54,361 nucleotides of DNA from Candidatus Gastranaerophilales bacterium. GTDB lineage: Bacteria; Cyanobacteriota; Vampirovibrionia; Gastranaerophilales; UBA9971. Both the position numbers and the translations under genes were made by a program. The stretch lies in contig JANQIY010000092.1 of assembly GCA_028281965.1 (NCBI GenBank), forward strand, positions 1 to 54,361. The letters run 5' to 3'. Positions 42,798 through 52,824 of this stretch are shown here, in pieces; within the stretch, counting starts at the first letter, position 1, and every line of letters begins with the position of its first letter. Under the pieces are notes generated by a model. It saw nothing but the letters and a program-made list of their open reading frames with translations. It did no database searches and was not told the DNA's origin.

Positions 42798-44033
42798 TTA
42801 AGCTTCACAAACTGCAGGGATTTCAGCAAAGGCTTCTGATGATCTTATAATACCGTTTTGCACGGTATCGTATATTTCAAATACTTTAAATCCGGCATTT
42901 TTAAGTTTTGCTTTAGGCTCAGAACCTATCCTCATTGAAAGTACCGCTGCGCAGTCTTTTAAAGTATCTGCTATACTTATAATATAGTCTTTTTTATCCT
43001 CACAATCTTCTTTGCCGGTACAATACCTTGGAACTTTCCTTTTATCTATAAGCTCTATTTTGTTATTAGCGAATTTATAGATAAAAAATTCCTCAACCTG
43101 CCCGAAATGCTGGTCAATTATTTTTCCGTCGCTTGTCGCAACAGCAAAAACGTAAATGTCTTCACGGGAAGTTTTACGGGAAACCCGGGAAGAACAGCCT
43201 CCCCTGAATTCGACTGACCTGTCCCGGTGCAGCAGGCCTATTGCATCCGCCCTGCACTGCCGGCAATGATACATCTGGCTTATGTAGCCCGAGCATTTTT
43301 TTCTTATTTCGTTTAGCCTTTTGTTACTTAGCATCTCAACATTCTCAAATTTAGTATTTGGAGCGGGTATTAACTGCATTATGTTTGTTTTAAAAGCCCC
43401 CAGGGCTTTTACCTTTTTTGCAATTTCTTCTATGTGCCCTTCGTTAATATCTTTTATGGCAACGATGTTTACTTTGCAGATTATATCCCTTTCCGCAAGA
43501 TATTTTAGTCCCTGAAGCTGGTTTTTTATAAGGATTTCCGCTGCTTCTTCACCCGTGTAAACTTTTCCCCGGTAATTAATATACTCATAGATTTTCCCGC
43601 CAATTACCCTGTCTATAGCATTTATAGTTATCGTAACGTGAGTTATGCCTGAATTTACGATTTCTTCGGCGTAATGAGGCAGCATGAGCCCGTTTGTTGA
43701 AAGACAAAAAAGGACTTCAGGATCGGCGCCGCTTATTAATTCTATGGTTTTTTTAACTTTGTCAAAATTGGCAAGGGCGTCTCCCGGGCCTGCAAATCCA
43801 ATTACAGAGAGGTTTTGAACCTTCTCTTTCACTTTCAGGAACTTATCGAGGGATTGCCCGGGGGTTAGGATTTCACTTGTAACTCCCGGCCTGCTTTCAT
43901 TCACACAGTCATAATCCCTATGGCAGTAATTGCACTGGATGTTACAGGCAGGAGCAACAGGTAAATGCATTCTGGCATAGATCTTATGCCCGGTATCAGA
44001 AAAACAGGGATGTTTGTGTATTTTAATGCTCAT
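42798..44033 (-). CDS. nifB: nitrogenase cofactor biosynthesis radical-SAM protein NifB (with C-terminal NifX-like domain)
   Basis: 411 aa. HPCFSD..ARMHLPVAPACNIQCNYCHRDYDCVNESRPGV, plus a C-terminal NifX-fold domain. Confidence 0.9.
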   Translation of the reverse strand: MSIKIHKHPCFSDTGHKIYARMHLPVAPACNIQCNYCHRDYDCVNESRPGVTSEILTPGQSLDKFLKVKEKVQNLSVIGFAGPGDALANFDKVKKTIELISGADPEVLFCLSTNGLMLPHYAEEIVNSGITHVTITINAIDRVIGGKIYEYINYRGKVYTGEEAAEILIKNQLQGLKYLAERDIICKVNIVAIKDINEGHIEEIAKKVKALGAFKTNIMQLIPAPNTKFENVEMLSNKRLNEIRKKCSGYISQMYHCRQCRADAIGLLHRDRSVEFRGGCSSRVSRKTSREDIYVFAVATSDGKIIDQHFGQVEEFFIYKFANNKIELIDKRKVPRYCTGKEDCEDKKDYIISIADTLKDCAAVLSMRIGSEPKAKLKNAGFKVFEIYDTVQNGIIRSSEAFAEIPAVCEA

Positions 44034-44048
44034 TTCTACTTCCTATAA

Positions 44049-44336
44049 TTAAATTTTTTCAATTGCCTTGACCGGATCCGGGACTTCAGTTTCAATAATT
44101 GCCTTTATCCCAAGGTTATCAAGGTTTTGTATCATACCTTCCCCGATTTGCCCGGAAATTACAGCGCCGCAATCAAGGATTTCATCTATGATGTGGTCTG
44201 TATAGCTGCCTTTTCCGATTCTTTTTTCAATAAAATCCACTGTGCCGTTTTCATAATTATATATGAAAAAAGTTTCAGCCCTACCCAGGTGTGGAGCCAC
44301 TTTTCCTTCTTTGTCAACACTGACTGCTATTTTCAT
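44049..44336 (-). CDS. NifX/NifB-C-terminal family FeMo-cofactor-binding protein
   Basis: 95 aa. MKIAVSVDKEGKVAPHLGRAETFFIY... has the typical small dinitrogenase FeMo-cofactor biosynthesis domain. Confidence 0.7.
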   Translation of the reverse strand: MKIAVSVDKEGKVAPHLGRAETFFIYNYENGTVDFIEKRIGKGSYTDHIIDEILDCGAVISGQIGEGMIQNLDNLGIKAIIETEVPDPVKAIEKI

Positions 44337-44399
44337 TCTTTTTTCTCCTTTTTATTATAGTGATCTTAAAAAGTAATCAGGAAATTAATTAAATTTAAA

Positions 44400-44545
44400 A
44401 ATAAAAAATGCCTGAAACTACCATCCCCCTGCCCCCTTCCTTCAAAGGAAGGGGGAAACCGTTTTGGGTAGGGCTTCGTGCGTAATGCGGACAGTGCCGA
44501 CCGGCCCCTGCACCTAACCCTTAAAATACTTCTATTACTGCTTTT
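44400..44545. repeat. divergent member of the dispersed repeat family inside the nif operon
   Basis: It shares the aatgcggacag block (44484-44494) and has the hairpin cccccttcc-ttcaaa-ggaaggggg. The track ORF 44366..44554 is its translation. Confidence 0.6.
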
Positions 44546-44615
44546 CATCCTCATTTATTAAATCCTGTTTATTTTCTCAGATTACTATACTTTTATTATG
44601 GGATAGCTGTTGAAA

Positions 44616-45986
44616 TTAACTTGCGTACTTAGCGTAAATCCTGTTCCTGTAGGTAGTGTATTTCCTGTCAAGATAGGTGTTTGTGAGCAAGTCCAGAAAC
44701 CTTGTCGACCCTTCATAACCGGCAAACATAATCCTCTGGCTGCCTATCCGGTCATTTACCGGGAATCCGTACCTTACCAGCGGAATCCCGTCTCTTTCCG
44801 TTATGAACTTACCGTCTGAATGCCCGATCAAAAGGTTAACGTCAAGCTGCTTGACCAGTTCCCTGATTGTCTCAAAGTCTGTATCATCAATAATAACGGG
44901 GGTTTCATGAAGGTTATTCATTTCTTCCTGCTTTTGAAGCAGGGATTGAAGCCTGGAAGTCTTTGACCCCGTGGAGATCAACGCCGGAAGAATCCCATTT
45001 TCCAGGCACATCCTGCTAGCAGCGTATACGGATTCCGGTTCGCCAAAAATTGCCGCCCTTATTTCCGAATTGTACTTATGCGAATCTATCATCGCATCAA
45101 GCATTCTGCCCCTCTCTTTTGCAAACCTATCCGGAATTTCCCGGCCGGTTACTTCGGATAAAATCCTTAAAAATTCATCGTTATTTTGCAGCCCGATTGG
45201 AATTGAACACCTATAAAGCGGTACTTTATAAGTGTCATTAAGGTATTCTCCCGGAGAAACCGCTTTATCGGCCAGTTTGCTTATTTCAACAGTCGCCCTG
45301 GCTCCTGCCGCCCTTTTTATGTTTGAAAAAGAAGACCCCCCTGGAGGTATTTTAGAGAAAGAGTAAGCAAATGGAGCATCGAGCGTTTCTGAAAAATCCG
45401 GTATCAGGTTGTATTCGACCTCATATTCTTTTAAAACATCTTTTATAAACCTGACTTCGGCCGGTGTAATATTTGGGACTATTATATTTATTGAGTTATT
45501 GGGCTTTGTTTCTTCTGTAAGGTACTCAATGATTTTTCTTACAGCCTGGAAATACCCTTCAAACTGGGTCGCCCCGTATCCCGGGGTTGAAACCGGGACA
45601 AAATGCCTGTCATTGAGGTTTTCTTCCTCTATAAATTCCCGGATAATCATATCTATATTTTCACCGATGGTCTCGGCAAGACATGTTGTGGCTATCCCGA
45701 TGATTTTCGGGTCATAAAGCCTTATAACGTTTTTAAGCCCATTTTTTAAGTTTGCAGCGCCGCCGTAAACCGTTCCTTTTTCGCTTAACGAGGATGATGC
45801 AACATCTATCGGCTCGTTATAATGCCTTGCCATGTGTCTTCTGATATACGTACTGCATCCCTGGGAGCCATGCAGGAGCATCATCGCATTTTCAATCCCC
45901 TTGAACGCAATAGCTGCGCCCATTGGCATACACATCTTACAGGGATTTACGTTTAAATTGGTAAAATTTCGTTTGTTTTTCATCAT
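44616..45986 (-). CDS. nifN: nitrogenase FeMo-cofactor scaffold subunit NifN
   Basis: 456 aa. NifK-like CKMCMPMGAAIAFKGIENAMMLLHGSQGCSTYIR. It follows nifE after a 15-nt gap. Confidence 0.85.
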   Translation of the reverse strand: MMKNKRNFTNLNVNPCKMCMPMGAAIAFKGIENAMMLLHGSQGCSTYIRRHMARHYNEPIDVASSSLSEKGTVYGGAANLKNGLKNVIRLYDPKIIGIATTCLAETIGENIDMIIREFIEEENLNDRHFVPVSTPGYGATQFEGYFQAVRKIIEYLTEETKPNNSINIIVPNITPAEVRFIKDVLKEYEVEYNLIPDFSETLDAPFAYSFSKIPPGGSSFSNIKRAAGARATVEISKLADKAVSPGEYLNDTYKVPLYRCSIPIGLQNNDEFLRILSEVTGREIPDRFAKERGRMLDAMIDSHKYNSEIRAAIFGEPESVYAASRMCLENGILPALISTGSKTSRLQSLLQKQEEMNNLHETPVIIDDTDFETIRELVKQLDVNLLIGHSDGKFITERDGIPLVRYGFPVNDRIGSQRIMFAGYEGSTRFLDLLTNTYLDRKYTTYRNRIYAKYAS

Positions 45987-46001
45987 TTCCTCTTTAAAAA
46001 A

Positions 46002-47375
46002 CTAAATTTTAGTCCTTATATGCCGCCAGACCGGACTGTTTACCGAGGCGTCAACCTCTTTTGCAAAGTTAACCGCCCCTTCAAACCCGCATAAAGGATG
46101 TTTTCTTTCGTGGTTATGGTCACAAAACCCTATTCCCAGCTTGTAAGCCAGCGGTCTTTCCTTCACCCCGCCGATTAAAAAATCCGCCTTCTGTGTTTTT
46201 ATAAAATGTTCAAGCTCTGTAGGGTTTGAATCATCGACTATTATTGTGCCTTCGTCGGTCAATTCCCTTATATTGTCGTAATCCTCTTTTTTCCCGGTTT
46301 GCGTCCCAATCAGGACAGGCTTTATATCAAGGTCTTTTAACTGCTTTATTAACGAAACCGCTTTGAACCCGCCTCCGACATAAGCCGCGGCTCTCTTACC
46401 CCTGAGCCTGTCACGGTATTTCCCTAGCTGGAATTCTGTTATACTTGCCTGTTCCTCGGTAAATTCTTCCGCTTTTTCTATGATTTCCGGGTTTTTAGTC
46501 ATCATGGCGATTCTAAGCATTGATTTTACAGTGTCTTCCACGCCGATAAAACTGATTTTGATAAACGGCAGGCCGTATTTTTCCTTCATCAGCTTGCCCA
46601 GATAGCCCATGGAACCGGCACATTGAATTATATTAAACGATGCTGCCGGGGCTTTACGTATTTCTTCAATTGTAGAATCCCCGGTTATCTTTGATACAAC
46701 ATCGATTCCAATTTCCCTGAGATAATTTTTAATTATCCAGATTTCTCCCGCAAGGTTAAAATCGCCAAGAATGTTTATTAAATTGCCTTCGGGCTGCTTC
46801 GCAGCCCTCGTAACGTCAGGGGAATGAGCATTTTCTGTCTCCATTAACCTCATCAGGGCTTCACAGGCAGCTCTGTAGCCCATTGCCTTGTTGCCCGCAA
46901 ATCCCGTAGACTGCACAGGGATCACGTTTATGCCGTGTTTTTCAGAAGCAATCCTGCATACGGCTTCCAGGTCATCGCCAATTACCCCGACAACGCAGGT
47001 GGAGTAGACAAAAACCGCTTTTGGCCTGTTTTTTTCAGTAATTTCATCAATTGCGGCGGCCAGTTTTTTTTCGCCTCCAAAAATTATGTCATCTTCCCGC
47101 AGGTCAGTGGAAAAACTGTTCCTGTAAGTTTCTTCCCCGCTGCTCAGGCTCCCCCTGATGTCCCAGGTGTAACTTGCGCAGCCTATCGGGCCATGGACAA
47201 TGTGAACAGCATCGGTAATAGGGTTCAGCACAACACGCGCGCCGCAATAAACGCATGCCCGCTGGCTCACCGATCCTTCAAGGCTGTTTTTATCGCATTT
47301 TATGGCACGGTTGTCTTTTTTATTGCAGACTATAAAATCCTGTCTTTCATCTAATGTTTTAATATTTGCGTTCAT
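46002..47375 (-). CDS. nifE: nitrogenase FeMo-cofactor scaffold subunit NifE
   Basis: 457 aa. NifD-like CVYCGARVVLNPITDAVHIVHGPIGCASY and IIQCAGSMGYL. Confidence 0.85.
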   Translation of the reverse strand: MNANIKTLDERQDFIVCNKKDNRAIKCDKNSLEGSVSQRACVYCGARVVLNPITDAVHIVHGPIGCASYTWDIRGSLSSGEETYRNSFSTDLREDDIIFGGEKKLAAAIDEITEKNRPKAVFVYSTCVVGVIGDDLEAVCRIASEKHGINVIPVQSTGFAGNKAMGYRAACEALMRLMETENAHSPDVTRAAKQPEGNLINILGDFNLAGEIWIIKNYLREIGIDVVSKITGDSTIEEIRKAPAASFNIIQCAGSMGYLGKLMKEKYGLPFIKISFIGVEDTVKSMLRIAMMTKNPEIIEKAEEFTEEQASITEFQLGKYRDRLRGKRAAAYVGGGFKAVSLIKQLKDLDIKPVLIGTQTGKKEDYDNIRELTDEGTIIVDDSNPTELEHFIKTQKADFLIGGVKERPLAYKLGIGFCDHNHERKHPLCGFEGAVNFAKEVDASVNSPVWRHIRTKI

Positions 47376-47394
47376 TTTTTACCCTTATCCGCTG

Positions 47395-48768
47395 CTACAT
47401 TACAAGTTCAAAGTCACAATCTTCCGCATCCCTGTCTTCACGGTCTAAAATAGCGTTGCTTATCATTTCAATAAGCCTCATTGCTCCTTTATATCCCGCT
47501 ACAGGCATATAAGAATGTACGCTCCTGTCGAGAATCGGGAATCCCAGCCTTACAAGCGGTATATCTTCCGCTTTTGAGATATACTTGCCGTAAGTGTTGC
47601 CGATTATCAGGTCTACAGGGTCATTTTTAATCCATTGGTGAAGTGTAAACAGGTCACCTGCGGCTTTTACCTGGTAATTTACAGCCACGTCCATCATCAG
47701 CTCGTTAATTTCCCGGGAGAAAGCTTCCCCGGGAGTCCCGGTCAGGATGTACTTCGGCCTCATTCCCAGGCTGAGGCAGAATTCGGTCATGGCGGTTACA
47801 ATGTCCGGGTCGCCAAATATAGCGACTTCCTTGCCGTGGAAATGCATATGGGTGTCGGTCATAATGTCGACAAGCTGTCCCCTCTCTTCCTCAAGCTCAT
47901 AAGGCACTTCTTTCTGGGTTAATTTCAAAAGTTTCATTATGTAATCGTCAGTTGCCCTGATCCCAATAGGAGTTTTCAGCACGTAAGGCTTAACTCCGCA
48001 TTTTTTCTCCAGTTCAAACGCTCCCTGCTCGGATGCGAATTTCCCAAGCGCTACAGTTGCCTTTGAATCGCCGGTTTTTGCTATATCATCAACCTTAGCG
48101 CCGCCCCGTGGGTACATTTCATACTTTCCAGTATTAGGAGAATCCACAACACCTGATGTATCAGGGAACATAATGTATGGAATCCCCAGCAATGAGGTGA
48201 TTCGCTTGATTTCCCGCATATCTGCCGGGTTAACAAACCCGGGAATTATGTTTATATTGTCGGTCTTCACTTCCGGGTGGTCTGAGGCGGATTCGGCGAG
48301 GTAATTGACTATTCCTTTTACCATGTTTGAAAAACCGGTAATGTGCGAACCCTGGTAACTCGGGGTATTGGCATGGATCATCCTTTTTCCCTCGGGGATT
48401 TCAATATCGGCAATAATTGCGTTGATATCATCCCCAATTGTCTCAGACAGGCAGGTCGTATGAACAGCTATAACGTCCGGGTTATAAATGGCAAAAATGT
48501 TTTTTGCCGCTGTTTTTAAATTGCTTTTCCCGCCAAAAACCGAGCTGCCCTCAGTAAATGAACTGGTAGAAGCCATAACCGGGTCGCGAAAATGCCTTGT
48601 CAGGTGCATTCTATGGTAAGAACAACACCCCTGCGAGCCGTGGCTGTGCGGAAGGCACCTGTGGATTCCCAGCGCCGCATACATTGCGCCGATCGGCTGG
48701 CATGTCTTGGCCGGGTTTATAATCAGGGCCTCTCTTTCTTTTAATTCTTTCGGGGTTAAGTCTAGCAT
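47395..48768 (-). CDS. nifK: nitrogenase MoFe protein beta subunit
   Basis: 457 aa (short N-terminus). CQPIGAMYAALGIHRCLPHSHGSQGCCSYHR P-cluster Cys motifs. AGGGAGA RBS. Confidence 0.9.
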   Translation of the reverse strand: MLDLTPKELKEREALIINPAKTCQPIGAMYAALGIHRCLPHSHGSQGCCSYHRMHLTRHFRDPVMASTSSFTEGSSVFGGKSNLKTAAKNIFAIYNPDVIAVHTTCLSETIGDDINAIIADIEIPEGKRMIHANTPSYQGSHITGFSNMVKGIVNYLAESASDHPEVKTDNINIIPGFVNPADMREIKRITSLLGIPYIMFPDTSGVVDSPNTGKYEMYPRGGAKVDDIAKTGDSKATVALGKFASEQGAFELEKKCGVKPYVLKTPIGIRATDDYIMKLLKLTQKEVPYELEEERGQLVDIMTDTHMHFHGKEVAIFGDPDIVTAMTEFCLSLGMRPKYILTGTPGEAFSREINELMMDVAVNYQVKAAGDLFTLHQWIKNDPVDLIIGNTYGKYISKAEDIPLVRLGFPILDRSVHSYMPVAGYKGAMRLIEMISNAILDREDRDAEDCDFELVM

Positions 48769-48855
48769 TTTATTTTATCTCCCTGGTTTAAATGATAAAT
48801 ATTTTCAATATTTTAGTGTGTAGATTTGTAATTAACCTGATGAAATTTGCCTGAT

Positions 48856-49042
48856 TGTCATTCCGAGGAGCGAAGCGACGTGGGAATCTGGCCGGCGTGG
48901 AATTTAACTATATATTTTGAGGCTTTAATAAGGAGTTTCCCGGATTGCCAGGGGTAAAAATGAGTTAAAACTCCTGTTCCCCCAGGCTAAAGCCCTCGCA
49001 ATGAAATGTGTTCGCTTTGTCGCTTCATTTCTTGCAATGAGG
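48856..49042. repeat. cluster of hairpin repeats in the nifD-nifK spacer
   Basis: tgtcattccgaggagcgaagcgacgtgggaatc (48856-48888), aggagttt...aaactcct stem, and ccctcgcaatgaaatg...catttcttgcaatgagg (48993-49042). Confidence 0.65.
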
Positions 49043-49049
49043 CCTTTTG

Positions 49050-50690
49050 CTATTGTTCAACCGATTCCGGTATATAGCTGACCTCGCCTTCAAGCGAAGG
49101 CTCTTTTTTCCACGGCGGCACAAGGTAACTCCACGTCGGGGTGTGGATTCCCATTGCAATATCCCTTGCGAAATTAACCGCGCCTTTAAATCCCGCATAA
49201 GGCCCGCCGTAGTCGTAAGAGTGCATTTGCTTGGAAAATATCCCCATTTTCTGGGCAATATACTTGTCTTTTATCCCCGAACCAAATACGTCAGGTTTCA
49301 ATATCCTGATTAGTTCTTCTGTTTCATAATGGTTAAGGTCGTCTATGACTACGCTTCCGTCTTTCATTTCGTTAATCATCCCGGCGTAGTTATTTAGAGG
49401 GATTTCCTGTTCTAATTTTTCCCGTCTTTGAGGGGGAATTACAATTCTGTAGTTTTGAGGGTCTTTCTGGACGTCAAGGTCTTCGATGTTTCGGTTATCC
49501 GCGTCAATCTGGATGTCCGGAATAACATGCCTGCCCTCATAATCGTCCCTGTGGGCGAATTCATAACCGGCTAAAACCGTTTCAATACCGATTTCCTTGT
49601 ATAAGCCCTGGTAATGGTGAGCCCTTGAGCCTCCCACAAACAGGAATGCCGTTTTCCCCGCGCATTGCCCCCTGTAATACTCAACATCCTCCCTGATATC
49701 CTCCAGTTCCTCTTTTATAACTTCTTCCGTGCGGCTGAGGATTTCCGGGTCATCGAAAAATTTCGCCATGTCCCTCAGAGTCCTGACAGTTGCTTCAATG
49801 CCGATAAAATTCACTTTTAACCACGGCGTGCCGTACTTTTTTTCAATCATTTCAGCGATGTAGTTAATCGACCTGTGGCATTGAACGAGGTTAAGATCGG
49901 CTTTATGGGCATTTCTCAGCTCTTCGGTCGTGCCGTTGCCCGTCATCCTTGCGATTATGTTATAGCCGATTTTGCTTAATATCCTCGAAATTTCCCATTC
50001 ATCGCCTCCGATATTATACTCTCCCAGAATGTTTATAGAGTATTTTGGAGCTACAAAGTCGTTATTTGAGCCGATAACGTGTTTCATCAGGGCGTTATTT
50101 GCTATATGATGTCCGCCTGACTGGCTTACGCCTTTGTAACCTTCACAACTGGTGGCAAAAATAGTAATCCCATATTCCTTTTCGGCTTCTGCGGCAACGG
50201 AATTAATGTCATCACCTATAAGCCCCACCGGACAGGTGGAACATATTGCTATGTTTTTGGGGTTAAAAATCTCTACGGCCTCTTTTATAGCCTGCTTTAA
50301 CTTCTTTTCACCCCCGAAAACAATGTCTTTCTCCTGCATATCCGTTGAAAAAGAGTAGGGAAGGTAATTTTGCTCTCCTTCTTTTGGTTTTCCCTTATGC
50401 CTCCTGGTTCCCCAGGCATAATAAGAACACCCTATCGGGCCGTGGACTATGTGCACCATATCCCTTAAAGGCCCAAGCACAACGCCTTTACAGCCTGCGT
50501 AACAGCAACCCCTGTTTGTTATAATCCCCGGGACCGTCCTGGTGTTTGCTTTTATCTGCTGCTTATCCTGCGAGCAATCCCTGACAAGCATGTGCTCTTT
50601 CCTGTTTTTGGAAACCTTTGCCGGATAGGAATATAGCAGCTTGTCTATTACGTTGTCTATCTTCTCTTTTGAAAAATCTTTATCATTCAT
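49050..50690 (-). CDS. nifD: nitrogenase MoFe protein alpha subunit
   Basis: 546 aa. FeMo-co ligand contexts LVQCHRSINYI (Cys275-equivalent) and QMHSYDYGGPYAGF (His442-equivalent), plus P-cluster Cys motifs. It has a long insertion (see findings). Confidence 0.9.
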   Translation of the reverse strand: MNDKDFSKEKIDNVIDKLLYSYPAKVSKNRKEHMLVRDCSQDKQQIKANTRTVPGIITNRGCCYAGCKGVVLGPLRDMVHIVHGPIGCSYYAWGTRRHKGKPKEGEQNYLPYSFSTDMQEKDIVFGGEKKLKQAIKEAVEIFNPKNIAICSTCPVGLIGDDINSVAAEAEKEYGITIFATSCEGYKGVSQSGGHHIANNALMKHVIGSNNDFVAPKYSINILGEYNIGGDEWEISRILSKIGYNIIARMTGNGTTEELRNAHKADLNLVQCHRSINYIAEMIEKKYGTPWLKVNFIGIEATVRTLRDMAKFFDDPEILSRTEEVIKEELEDIREDVEYYRGQCAGKTAFLFVGGSRAHHYQGLYKEIGIETVLAGYEFAHRDDYEGRHVIPDIQIDADNRNIEDLDVQKDPQNYRIVIPPQRREKLEQEIPLNNYAGMINEMKDGSVVIDDLNHYETEELIRILKPDVFGSGIKDKYIAQKMGIFSKQMHSYDYGGPYAGFKGAVNFARDIAMGIHTPTWSYLVPPWKKEPSLEGEVSYIPESVEQ

Positions 50691-50710
50691 TAAACTTACC
50701 TCATGTCGCT

Positions 50711-51094
50711 TTATACTGCTACGAGTCCTGTCTCAGCCGTCCTCACCCTGACCGCGTCAAGTACCGGGAGGATAAAAATCTTGCCGTCGCCGGGGTTGCC
50801 TGTCTGGTTGGTTGAAATTATTATCTCAACGGCTTTACCTGCTTCATCATCGTTTACGACTATTGTTAACATCCTTTTAGGTACCAGCCTGTGACCTTCT
50901 GAAACCGATTCCGCCACTATCGGCGATTCAATTTCCCCGCCCTGAAGCAGGCCCTGGATTAACTCGTAGTCAACTTTCTTTTTTCCCCTGCCAAATACTT
51001 TCCTGCAGGTAATTGAACTGAAACCGGCTTCCAGCAGTGCTTCTTTTGTTTTGTTAATCATATTCATCCTGATTATTGCCATTATTTCTTTCAT
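50711..51094 (-). CDS. nifI2: PII-family nitrogenase regulator NifI2
   Basis: 127 aa. It is GlnB-like (MAIIRMNMINKTKEALLEAGF...GRGKKK) and is the second PII gene after nifH. Confidence 0.8.
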   Translation of the reverse strand: MKEIMAIIRMNMINKTKEALLEAGFSSITCRKVFGRGKKKVDYELIQGLLQGGEIESPIVAESVSEGHRLVPKRMLTIVVNDDEAGKAVEIIISTNQTGNPGDGKIFILPVLDAVRVRTAETGLVAV

Positions 51095-51114
51095 TTTAAG
51101 CCTACTCCCTCCAT

Positions 51115-51441
51115 TTAAAGCTCATTCAGGCCGCTGCTGATGGTGTATACTTCATCAACTTCGCTGATAAAGATTTTCCCATCTCCAAAAGCTCCTTTTT
51201 CACCGGTTTTTGCGTTTTTAAGTATGATTTTTATCACGTCATCCTGTTCTTCATCCTGAACAACCAGCATTAAAAGCTCTTTAGGGATTTCATCGTAGTA
51301 AACGTCGCCGACTTTGACCCCGCGTTGCTTTCCCCGTCCGGCCACGTCGATTTTTGTAACCGCGGGAAACCCGGCATCACTAAGTTCCGACATTACCTGG
51401 CCGGTTTTTTCCGGCCTGATTATTGCTCTTACCAATCTCAT
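51115..51441 (-). CDS. nifI1: PII-family nitrogenase regulator NifI1
   Basis: 108 aa. It is GlnB-like (VRAIIRPEKTGQVMSELSDAGF..VAGRGKQRG) and is the first PII gene after nifH. Confidence 0.8.
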   Translation of the reverse strand: MRLVRAIIRPEKTGQVMSELSDAGFPAVTKIDVAGRGKQRGVKVGDVYYDEIPKELLMLVVQDEEQDDVIKIILKNAKTGEKGAFGDGKIFISEVDEVYTISSGLNEL

Positions 51442-51615
51442 TCTTTGCTCCTTTACTAAAATTTTGCTTAAAACACTTTTTGTCTTTATTGCTGCAACTC
51501 ACCGGAAGAAGCAGTTAACCCGGGAAACCGGCGCCATTAAGAAGCGTCCCGTAAAACCGGGGAGTATCTTAAAAGTCCGGTTAACGCCACCTGGTTATGT
51601 ATTCGTTTATAAAAA

Positions 51616-52458
<843 letters not shown>

Positions 52459-52638
52459 TTAATACTTTTTAAACTAAACCGAAAACCGGTAATTTTTACG
52501 GGTTCAGTTTTTTACTTAGTCCTTTCGTGTTTAATCTTTTCGTAAATTATATTTTTTGAAAAATTTACAAAATTTCCACTTGATATAATTCTTCAAGTTG
52601 GTATAAAATTATTTTTACTAAATTAATTTGAAAATTTT

Positions 52639-52702
52639 AAAACCCGCTGATTTTTTTTAAGTCTGCGGGTTTTCTTTTTTATAAGTGAAATTTCGCAGAC
52701 TT
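52639..52702 (-). promoter_or_regulatory. two mutually exclusive hairpins (antiterminator/terminator candidate) in the nifH leader
   Basis: Stem 1 is 52702-52694 with 52667-52659 (9 bp, perfect). Stem 2 is 52673-52662 with 52650-52639 (12 bp, one mismatch), followed by AAAAUUUU. The arms share 52662-52667. Confidence 0.5.
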
Positions 52703-52773
52703 TACGTTGTCTGTTTTTGTTGTTGCTGGTTTTGAAACTGCTGCTGGCTTTGAAATTGTTGAAAAACTTTCAT
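52702..52773 (-). CDS. candidate Gln-rich leader peptide (23 codons)
   Basis: MKVFQQFQSQQQFQNQQQQKQTT, with 12 CAA/CAG codons. GGGGAAG lies 6 nt before the ATG. The stop codon abuts stem 1. Confidence 0.4.
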   Translation of the reverse strand: MKVFQQFQSQQQFQNQQQQKQTT

Positions 52774-52824
52774 TAAATACTTCCCCATGATTCTTGTAAG
52801 ATGTTTCTTTATTTTACAATTTGC

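Noticed and set aside
44366-44554. 62-aa minus-strand ORF between nifN and the nifX-like gene.
   Set aside because: It is an Arg/Ser/Pro-rich translation of a divergent repeat copy containing the aatgcggacag block and a G/C hairpin. It has no RBS, and its composition is unlike real proteins in this window.
49025-49313. ORFs 49025..49258 (-) and 49047..49313 (+) at the nifD 3' end.
   Set aside because: They overlap the well-supported nifD reading frame and the hairpin-repeat cluster, and have no independent coding signal.
52578-52685. Plus-strand TTGATA-16-TATAAA promoter-like element followed by the same hairpin. On the plus strand the hairpin has a better T-tract (ttttcttttttat), suggesting a ~70-nt sRNA antisense to the nif leader.
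   Set aside because: I did not promote it because sigma70-like hexamers arise easily in AT-rich DNA and nothing else supports a plus-strand transcript. It remains an alternative reading of the hairpin that strand-specific RNA-seq would resolve.
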